Shown here one piece after another: positions 26,117-32,000 of a DNA stretch of 32,000 nt. The notes below the pieces were generated by a model, which saw only the letters and a program-made list of their open reading frames with translations, ran no database searches and was not told where the DNA came from. The DNA is from Synechococcus sp. A15-28 (GTDB lineage: Bacteria; Cyanobacteriota; Cyanobacteriia; PCC-6307; Cyanobiaceae). Numbering within the stretch: position 1 is the stretch's first letter; every line of letters starts with the position of its first letter. The translations under genes and the position numbers were made by a program. The stretch is taken from positions 480,001 through 512,000 of the forward strand of contig NZ_CP047931.1 of NCBI RefSeq assembly GCF_014280175.1. The letters run 5' to 3'.

Positions 26117-27576
26117 GCCGGGTTGCACACCCAGTTGGCCAGGGTGCGGACGCCGTAACCGGTGGCACCGGCGGGGTCCAGACCACGGCCCTTGTCGCTC
26201 CAGACGGTGCCGGCGATGTCGATGTGGGCCCAGGCGATGCCGTCGCCGACGAAATGCTCAAGGAACAAGGCTGCCGTGATCGAGCCACCGGGCCTGGGGC
26301 CCGTGTTCTTGAAATCGGCCAGCTTGGATTTCAAGCCCTCCTTGTAGGAAGCGCGCAATGGCATTCGCCAGAGCCCTTCACCACCGGCATCCGCCGCCTG
26401 CTGAAGCGCTGTGGCCAAGCCATCATTGTTGCTCCACAGGCCTGCCATCTCATCGCCGAGGGCGATGACGCAGGCGCCGGTGAGGGTGGCCAGGTCAACG
26501 ATGGCGTCGGGCTTCTGCTCACAGGCGTAGAGCAGGGCATCGGCCAGGGTCAGACGGCCTTCGGCATCGGTGTTGTTGATTTCGATCGTGGTGCCGTCTG
26601 CGGCGGTGACGATGTCACCGGGATGCACGGCGGAGCCGTTGATCATGTTTTCGCAGGAGGCCACGATCATGTGCACCTCCACCCCTGCCGGCTTGCGTTC
26701 GGCGATGGCGCGCATGGCCCCCAGCACCGCTGCGCTGCCGCCCATGTCGAACTTCATCATGTCGATCTGGGCGGCCCCCACCTTGAGGTTGTAACCGCCG
26801 GAATCGAAGGTGAGGCCTTTGCCCACCAGGGCCAACCGACGCTTCACCTCACCGTCGGGGCGATAGATCAGGTGAATCAGCTTGGGGTCGAGATCGGAGC
26901 CCTGGCTGACGCAGAGAAACGCTCCCATTCCACGGGCTTCACACTCGGCACGTTCCAGAACGGTGAGCTCCAGGCCGTGGTTGCGGGAGAGTTCGGCGGC
27001 GGTCTCCGCCAGGGCGGCGGGCGTCGCCACATTCGGAGGAGCGGCCACCAGCTCACGGGCCAGCTCCACACCGGCGCAGGTGGCATTCACGGCCTGGAGG
27101 CCGGCAGCGGCCGTGGGAGGCAGCCCGATCAACTCCAGGCTCTCCGGCTGACACCGTGGTTCCGGGGCCTTGCGGAAGCGCTGGTCGGCGTAGAGGGCCA
27201 GGCGCGCTGCCTCTGCAGCGGCAACGGCGGCGGCGGCGGGTTCCAGTCCATCCCAGCAGAGCTGCAGCCCCAGGCTGCCGGTGTGGCCGCTGGCGGCCTT
27301 GGCGGCCCGGGCGGCGGCGCTGCGCACCCCATCGAGGTTGAAGCCGTTGGCCGGCCCCAGGCCCAGCACCACCAGTCGTTGGGGGCCGTCGCTGCCGAGG
27401 CGGTTGATCAGCAGCTGCTCCGCCGGTTTGCCTTTGAACTGCTGCTGTTCGAGGGCTGCGCCCAGGCCGGGGAAGCGGGCTTCCAGGTCGGTGGCGGGCT
27501 GGTCCTGCAGCAGTCCCACCACGAGCACATCACCGGTCCAGTCCTGAACACTTTCGCCGGAGAGAGAGGAGCGCAT
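26113..27576 (-). CDS. pepA: Leucyl aminopeptidase (M17 family)
   Basis: The M17 signature NTDAEGRLTLADAL and metal-ligand context (VGKGLTFDSGGYNLK, MKFDMGGSAAV) are present. The product is 487 aa. Confidence 0.95.
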   Translation of the reverse strand: MRSSLSGESVQDWTGDVLVVGLLQDQPATDLEARFPGLGAALEQQQFKGKPAEQLLINRLGSDGPQRLVVLGLGPANGFNLDGVRSAAARAAKAASGHTGSLGLQLCWDGLEPAAAAVAAAEAARLALYADQRFRKAPEPRCQPESLELIGLPPTAAAGLQAVNATCAGVELARELVAAPPNVATPAALAETAAELSRNHGLELTVLERAECEARGMGAFLCVSQGSDLDPKLIHLIYRPDGEVKRRLALVGKGLTFDSGGYNLKVGAAQIDMMKFDMGGSAAVLGAMRAIAERKPAGVEVHMIVASCENMINGSAVHPGDIVTAADGTTIEINNTDAEGRLTLADALLYACEQKPDAIVDLATLTGACVIALGDEMAGLWSNNDGLATALQQAADAGGEGLWRMPLRASYKEGLKSKLADFKNTGPRPGGSITAALFLEHFVGDGIAWAHIDIAGTVWSDKGRGLDPAGATGYGVRTLANWVCNPA

Positions 27577-27644
27577 GGCCTGGCCCGTCGCAAACGCCGA
27601 GCGTAGCGATGCTGCTAGGAGAGGGGGCCGATGGCGCGAGAAGG

Positions 27645-27734
27645 ATGCTCCCCAATGTGGCTCTGCTGGCCGTGGCGGCGCTGATCGGCGTCAGCCCGCT
27701 GGTGTGGGTGATTCTTCATTCCAACGGCGGCTGA
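27645..27734 (+). CDS. Candidate 29-aa single-TM peptide (unannotated; low confidence)
   Basis: An ATG-to-TGA frame not in the ORF track encodes MLPNVALLAVAALIGVSPLVWVILHSNGG. Third positions are mostly G/C. It lies in the pepA upstream spacer and overlaps the 3' end of the convergent ORF 27716..28177 by 19 nt. Hydrophobic short ORFs can arise by chance in high-GC DNA. Confidence 0.2.
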   Translation: MLPNVALLAVAALIGVSPLVWVILHSNGG

Positions 27735-28177
27735 CAGCGCTGGTTCAGGGCTTGGATGATCAGCGCTTCCGCATCGGTCTGGCCCTGAAGCAGGAAGGCC
27801 TCCTGTTCCAGCGCCATGTGCTCCTGCCGGTAGTGGTTGGTCAGTAGGTAACGAATGCGGCTTTCCACGGCTGGATCTGCGCGGCGTTGGATGCCGATCA
27901 AGGTGAGCTTGCCGCTGGGACAGCTCTGGGCGGCATGGACGGCCTCATGCAGCAGGACTGGCCGGGTGATTCCCAGCTCTTGCACGAGCGGGGAGATCTC
28001 CAGCAGCTTCCGGGCCGGCAAAAAACGGCCGTAGGCCCCGCCCGGGGGCTGCCGCACCTCGATGCGGAAGCCATTGCGCAGCAGGGTCTTCTGGAGGGAA
28101 AGGAGTCCATTGGCCATGGCACTGCCGGGGGCCAGCAGCAGGGCGGAGAGCAGCAGCAGGCCTGCGCAAGACCTCAC
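27716..28177 (-). CDS. Exported small HExxH protein (putative mini zinc-metallopeptidase-like)
   Basis: The GTG start overlaps the stop of the upstream GIY-YIG gene (GTGA at 28174..28177). It has the signal-peptide-like N-terminus (M)RSCAGLLLLSALLLAPGSAMA, the motif LLHEAVHAAQ, a downstream acidic segment ALEQEAF, and two Cys in the mature part. Confidence 0.65.
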   Translation of the reverse strand: MRSCAGLLLLSALLLAPGSAMANGLLSLQKTLLRNGFRIEVRQPPGGAYGRFLPARKLLEISPLVQELGITRPVLLHEAVHAAQSCPSGKLTLIGIQRRADPAVESRIRYLLTNHYRQEHMALEQEAFLLQGQTDAEALIIQALNQRCQPPLE

Positions 28178-28746
28178 AGTTCAGCGGTGAACGGGGTGGC
28201 CCAGCGCTGCCGCGTTTCCTTGTTGAACGGCGGCAACCAGTGCTGGATCAGGGCCTGTTCCAGGGCGCGGCGGGCTTTGGTGCTGCGGGGCACATCGCTG
28301 CAGAAACGGATGCTCAGTTGATGGGCCACCTTGCAGCGCTGCAGGGCTTCGCCGTAGGCCGCCAGGTAGGCCTTGCAGTCGTGTTCCCCCTTCCAGCGGC
28401 GATCGGCGGCCATGGTCTCGCCGATGTAGAGCAGCAGCGGCTGTTCGAGATCCGCCGGTCGATCCAGCACGAAATACATCGCCGCTCCGACGTGGGGGCT
28501 GTCGGGCCAGCGCCAGAAGGTCAGTGGCAGCGGCGTGAGGGCCAGGGGATCGATGGCGCGCACCGCAGCGCTGCAGCTGTCGCCGAACAGGGTGGTCTGA
28601 CTGGTGCGCTCAGGGGCGCCGCGAAACAACGGGGCCTGATGGCCGTGCAACCGCTGCTGCCAGGCCCGCAGCTGCTCGGCATCCAACGTCAGCTCGGCGG
28701 GTTGAGATGCCGCCAGGCCGGCGCTGGCGAACAGATCCCCTTGCAT
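28174..28746 (-). CDS. GIY-YIG nuclease superfamily protein with an unassigned ~85-aa N-terminal region
   Basis: Ordered GIY-YIG signature in the C-terminal half: AMYFVLD ... LLLYIGET ... RRWKGEH ... LEQALIQHWLPPFNKE. The ATG shares one base with the stop of the upstream HhH gene (TGATG). Confidence 0.75.
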   Translation of the reverse strand: MQGDLFASAGLAASQPAELTLDAEQLRAWQQRLHGHQAPLFRGAPERTSQTTLFGDSCSAAVRAIDPLALTPLPLTFWRWPDSPHVGAAMYFVLDRPADLEQPLLLYIGETMAADRRWKGEHDCKAYLAAYGEALQRCKVAHQLSIRFCSDVPRSTKARRALEQALIQHWLPPFNKETRQRWATPFTAEL

Positions 28747-29300
28747 CAGTGCAGGGGCAGGGATGGCCCGGCGCGCCGGGCTTCGAAGCAGACCCGACCG
28801 ATCAGGGCTTCGATGGCACTGGCGGGCAGGCAGAGCCGTTCCTGCAGGTCGGCGAGGTTCTCAAACCCGGCGCGGCGCCGCTCCCGCAGCAGGCCCTGCA
28901 GACGCTGTTCAGGCCAGCTGAGGACTTGCAACTCCTCGGCGCTGGCGTTGTTGAGATCCAGCGGCGCGGCTGCGGGTTGCGGGGGAGCATCGCCATGCCA
29001 GTGCACGATCAGATGGGGCTCCCAGCGGCGGCATTGCTCCGCCGGCAGCTCCAGCAGCTGGAACAGCTCCTCCACCGAGCTGAACTGCACCCCACCCCGC
29101 TGCAGGCGCAAGAGCAGATCCGCGGTGTCCTCACTGCAGCCGGGCAGCTGCAACCACTGCTCGCGGCTGGCGCGGTTCACCTCGATCGTCCAGGCCAGTG
29201 GGGCTGCTGGGGGAGGCGTCGCTGCAGGCGCTGTCGGCAACTGACCGGCGGCCTGCAGCACCCGCCGGGCCAGGGGGTCCAACCAGTGGCGGCGCGGCAT
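28746..29300 (-). CDS. Tandem helix-hairpin-helix (ComEA-type) DNA-binding protein without an obvious membrane anchor
   Basis: Two ComEA-like modules are present: IEVNRASREQWLQLPGCSEDTADLLLRLQRGGVQFSSVEELFQLLELP and LDLNNASAEELQVLSWPEQRLQGLLRERRRAGFENLADLQERLCLP. The N-terminus is Pro/Ala-rich rather than hydrophobic. Confidence 0.75.
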   Translation of the reverse strand: MPRRHWLDPLARRVLQAAGQLPTAPAATPPPAAPLAWTIEVNRASREQWLQLPGCSEDTADLLLRLQRGGVQFSSVEELFQLLELPAEQCRRWEPHLIVHWHGDAPPQPAAAPLDLNNASAEELQVLSWPEQRLQGLLRERRRAGFENLADLQERLCLPASAIEALIGRVCFEARRAGPSLPLH

Positions 29301-29355
29301 CGGGCGGATCAGGGCGCAAAGCGTGGGCTGACCCTACCCAGCACGCCGGGGTGCG

Positions 29356-29688
29356 TCACTGCTGCAGCTGCTTCACCAATGCTTTGCAGCCGCCCTGATT
29401 GGCGATGTACGCCTTCATCAGGTCACTGAACTCCGGCTGGGAGGTCACCGCATCGCGCTCCTCGTCGCTGATGCCGTCCGTGGCGATGAAGGCCTTGGCG
29501 ATGGCCAGGGCTTCATCGGCGGACATCGTTTCGGTTTCGATCAGGCAGTGGGCATTGCCCTGGGCGATGGTGACGCTGATGGTGTTGGCATCGAGTTCCG
29601 CCCTGGCTGGGCTGGCCAGGAGGCTGCTCAGGGGCAAGGCGCAGATCAGCAGCTGTCTCAGCCTGATGAAGGGGTGCGCAGGGGTCAT
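29356..29688 (-). CDS. Hypothetical small exported protein (110-aa precursor, two Cys)
   Basis: The ATG overlaps the stop of the upstream LuxR-type regulator (ATGA at 29685..29688). It has a signal-peptide-like N-terminus FIRLRQLLICALPLSSLLASPARA|EL. I recognise no family. Confidence 0.65.
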   Translation of the reverse strand: MTPAHPFIRLRQLLICALPLSSLLASPARAELDANTISVTIAQGNAHCLIETETMSADEALAIAKAFIATDGISDEERDAVTSQPEFSDLMKAYIANQGGCKALVKQLQQ

Positions 29689-30383
29689 GGGGTCCAGCGG
29701 GGCAGACGGGCCGGCAGGTCCACCAGATCATTGCGGAAGGCGATCAGCATGGCCTGGCTGCGATCGCGGGCGTCGAGTTTGCACAGCACGGCGGTGACGC
29801 TGTGCTTCACGGTGTCGATGGAAAGGTTGAGTTGGTCGGCGATCTCCTGGTTGCTGAAGCCGCGGCAGATGCCGCGCAGCACGTCCTCCTCCCGCAGGGT
29901 CAGACCCGGGTTGAGGCGGCGGCCACTGGGGCTGAGCCGGCTGTGGCGCAGCACGCCTGCGATCACCGGGTCAATGTAGATGGCGTCGCTGTCGATGGCC
30001 TGCAGCGCCTTGAGCAGATGGCCTTTGCCCACCAGATCGCGGCTGCAGAGCCCTTGGCAGCCGGCGGCTGTGGCGGCTTCGATCGTGCTGCGCAGTGGCC
30101 GCTGGATCAGCATCAAGCAGATCAGCTGCGGTTGCAGGGCTCGGGCCTGCTGCACCAGAGAGGAACCATCACCGCTCTCCAGCAGATCACTGCAGATCAA
30201 CAGATCCGCTGGGGTGTGCTCCAGGCAGGAGAGGGCGTCGGCTTCGCTGGTGGTGACCCCGACCAGCGGACCGATGGTGTCGAACAGGGCCACGACGCTG
30301 GTGATCAGCACCCGGTCGGCGCTGGCGATCAGGCAGCGCCGGCGTCTGAGCTCGGAACGGCTGCGCTGCAGCGTTTCACGCAT
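29685..30383 (-). CDS. NarL/FixJ (LuxR-type HTH) response-regulator-like protein with a degenerate receiver domain
   Basis: The C-terminal GerE/LuxR HTH reads LTLREEDVLRGICRGFSNQEIADQLNLSIDTVKHSVTAVLCKLDARDRSQA. The N-terminal receiver-like fold carries non-canonical residues at the conserved acidic/Thr/Lys positions (see findings). The ATG at 30383 is preferred to the TTG at 30410 used by the track. Confidence 0.85.
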   Translation of the reverse strand: MRETLQRSRSELRRRRCLIASADRVLITSVVALFDTIGPLVGVTTSEADALSCLEHTPADLLICSDLLESGDGSSLVQQARALQPQLICLMLIQRPLRSTIEAATAAGCQGLCSRDLVGKGHLLKALQAIDSDAIYIDPVIAGVLRHSRLSPSGRRLNPGLTLREEDVLRGICRGFSNQEIADQLNLSIDTVKHSVTAVLCKLDARDRSQAMLIAFRNDLVDLPARLPRWTP

Positions 30384-30518
30384 GGCCGGCAGCTGAGCGG
30401 TGAGGTTCAACGGTGGTGATGAACAGGCCTAAAGCAATGGTGGGCATTGGGTAAAACCGCACTGCCATCGAACACAGGAAGTCTGCAGAATTTCACTCAA
30501 CAGACGACACGGGAGTGA

Positions 30519-30851
30519 ATGGCATTTTTCGATTCCGACATCGTTCAGGACGAAGCCAAGCGCCTGTTCGGTGACTATCAGCAGCTGATGCAGCTGGGCA
30601 GTGAATACGGCAAGTTCGACCGGGAGGGCAAGAAGAAGTTCATCGAGACGATGGAGGAGCTGATGGGTCGCTACCGGGTGTTCATGAAACGCTTCGAGCT
30701 GTCGGAGGACTTCCAGGCCAAGCTCACCGTTGAGCAGCTGCGAACGCAGCTGGGGCAGTTCGGCATCACCCCGGAGCAGATGTTTGAGCAGATGAACGCC
30801 ACCCTGGAGCGGATGAAGGCCCAGATCGAGCTGCCGCCTTCAGGCACCTGA
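30519..30851 (+). CDS. Conserved cyanobacterial protein of unknown function (DUF1825-like, from memory)
   Basis: The 110-aa ORF with an ATG start begins MAFFDSDIVQDEAKRLFGDYQQLMQLGSEYGKFDREGKKKFIETMEELMGR..., which matches my recollection of the cyanobacteria/plastid-restricted DUF1825 family. Function is unknown. Confidence 0.8.
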   Translation: MAFFDSDIVQDEAKRLFGDYQQLMQLGSEYGKFDREGKKKFIETMEELMGRYRVFMKRFELSEDFQAKLTVEQLRTQLGQFGITPEQMFEQMNATLERMKAQIELPPSGT

Positions 30852-30890
30852 GTCACCCGTACGATCGCGGGCGCACGCCAACAGCGCCCC

Positions 30891-32000
30891 ATGCCGGAGT
30901 CCACCCCGTCGTTGCCGGATTGGCTGTCCCGGGGCATGGCCGACCTGTTTCCGGCCGGGGATCCCAGCGATGCGGATCAGGCTCTGGCCGCACGCCTGGT
31001 GCAGGCAGAGAAAGAGGGCCGGCCGCTGCGGGTGAAGCTGGGCATCGACCCCACCGGCAGCAACATTCACCTGGGCCACAGCATCCTGTTCCGCAAGCTG
31101 CGAGCCTTTCAGGACGCGGGTCACACAGCGGTGCTGATCATCGGCGATTTCACCGCGCGGATCGGGGATCCCACCGGCAAGAGCGCCACGCGGGTGCAGC
31201 TGAGCAAGGAGGACGTGGCCGCCAACGCCTCCACTTACCTGCGTCAGCTGGGGCAAGACCAATCGAAAGAGACGGCGCTGCTGGATTTCGAAACCCCCGG
31301 CCGCCTTGAGGTGCGATACAACTCTGAGTGGCTGGAGGGGATGGACCTGCCGGCGGTGATCGGCCTGCTGGGCACCGGCACGGTGGGCCAGATGCTGGCC
31401 AAGGACGACTTCTCCAAGCGCTATGGAAGCGGCACCCCGATTGCCCTGCATGAATTCCTCTACCCGCTGCTGCAGGGCTACGACTCGGTGGCGGTGAACG
31501 CCGATGTGGAGCTGGGGGGCACCGATCAGAAGTTCAACGTGGCCATGGGCCGCGACCTGCAGCGCCATTTCGACAAGGGCACCCAGTTCGGCCTGCTGCT
31601 CCCGATCCTGGTGGGTCTGGATGGGGTGCAGAAGATGAGCAAGAGCCTCGGCAACGTGGTGGGGCTGGAGGAGGATCCGCTCTCGATGTACTCCAAGCTG
31701 GAGAAGGTCGGCGATGGGGCGATCAACGACTACGTCACGTTGCTGACGGATCTCGATCTGTCGGCGTTGCCGGAGAACCCTCGCGAAAAGCAGAAGGCGA
31801 TGGCCCTGGCGGTGACCGCCAGCCGCCATGGGATAGAGGCGGCCGAGAAGGCCCAGGCCGATGCCGCCAGCCTGGTGGGCGGTGCCGGTGATGCGGCGGC
31901 GGAGGTGCCGGAGGCGTCGCTGGCGGAGGTGAACTTCCCGGCCAAGGCCTTTTATCTGCTCAGTGCCGTGGGCATCTGCGCCAGCAGCAGCGAGGCCCGC
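30891..32000 (+). CDS. tyrS: Tyrosine--tRNA ligase, 5' partial (370 codons; continues beyond the window)
   Basis: I translated by hand from the ATG at 30891 with no stop to position 32000. It contains a HIGH-type motif (GSNIHLGHS), KMSKS ([10 protein letters not shown]), plus [11 protein letters not shown] and [10 protein letters not shown]. It is absent from the ORF track because it is open-ended; the 329-aa reverse ORF 30840..31829 is its antisense shadow. Confidence 0.93.
   Translation, partial: MPESTPSLPDWLSRGMADLFPAGDPSDADQALAARLVQAEKEGRPLRVKLGIDPTGSNIHLGHSILFRKLRAFQDAGHTAVLIIGDFTARIGDPTGKSATRVQLSKEDVAANASTYLRQLGQDQSKETALLDFETPGRLEVRYNSEWLEGMDLPAVIGLLGTGTVGQMLAKDDFSKRYGSGTPIALHEFLYPLLQGYDSVAVNADVELGGTDQKFNVAMGRDLQRHFDKGTQFGLLLPILVGLDGVQKMSKSLGNVVGLEEDPLSMYSKLEKVGDGAINDYVTLLTDLDLSALPENPREKQKAMALAVTASRHGIEAAEKAQADAASLVGGAGDAAAEVPEASLAEVNFPAKAFYLLSAVGICASSSEAR

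Noticed and set aside
26101-27606. A 501-aa plus-strand ORF, among the longest in the track.
   Set aside because: It is exactly antisense to pepA, which carries the M17 aminopeptidase signature (NTDAEGRLTLADAL). The plus-strand product is Gly/Ala/His-rich without recognisable motifs.
30840-31829. A 329-aa minus-strand ORF.
   Set aside because: It is antisense to the open-ended tyrS frame, which has HIGH and KMSKS motifs.
1-32000. A search for CRISPR arrays, tandem repeats, tRNA or rRNA genes, transposases, integrases, phage genes, toxin-antitoxin pairs or known defence-system genes.
   Set aside because: I recognised none. All gaps between genes are 160 nt or shorter. There is no cloverleaf-like sequence, no repeat-spacer periodicity and no mobile-element hallmark proteins. 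I did not see the Yfr1-type sRNA motif (ACTCCTCACAC). A covariance-model scan (tRNAscan-SE or Infernal) would be needed to be certain.

Overview
This window reads as a gene-dense, high-GC core-genome segment from a marine or estuarine picocyanobacterium (Synechococcus/Cyanobium-like). That assignment is my inference from protein content. Almost every base is covered by recognisable genes. These are serA-prmA, petF, psbV, rnz, spoIID, a nagB-like gene, yebC, truB, rplU-rpmA, the complete circadian clock cluster kaiA-kaiB-kaiC, purD-nblS, purC, an outer-membrane/lipid A operon (omp85/bamA-lpxC-fabZ-lpxA-lpxB-msrA), pepA, and a 5' partial tyrS. The tyrS gene and a second edge gene at 1..180 are missing from the ORF track because they are open-ended. 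Genes are packed very tightly, with about a dozen 1-nt or 4-nt start/stop overlaps, and several convergent pairs have little or no spacer. I found no rRNA, tRNA, CRISPR array, IS element or prophage signature. The many long antisense ORFs look like high-GC artefacts. The least-explained part is the minus-strand array at 27716..30383. It encodes a LuxR-type regulator with a degenerate receiver coupled to a small exported protein. Downstream lie an anchorless tandem-HhH (ComEA-like) protein, a GIY-YIG nuclease-like protein and an exported HExxH protein, all three translationally coupled. This is my best candidate for an uncharacterised system, but the call rests on motifs read by eye, and the genes may simply be conserved cyanobacterial hypotheticals. 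Smaller items are an NblA-like small protein, a standalone Nif11-domain protein, an AT-rich spacer with a 63-aa ORF, a candidate 29-aa membrane peptide, and several hairpins or palindromes next to start codons.
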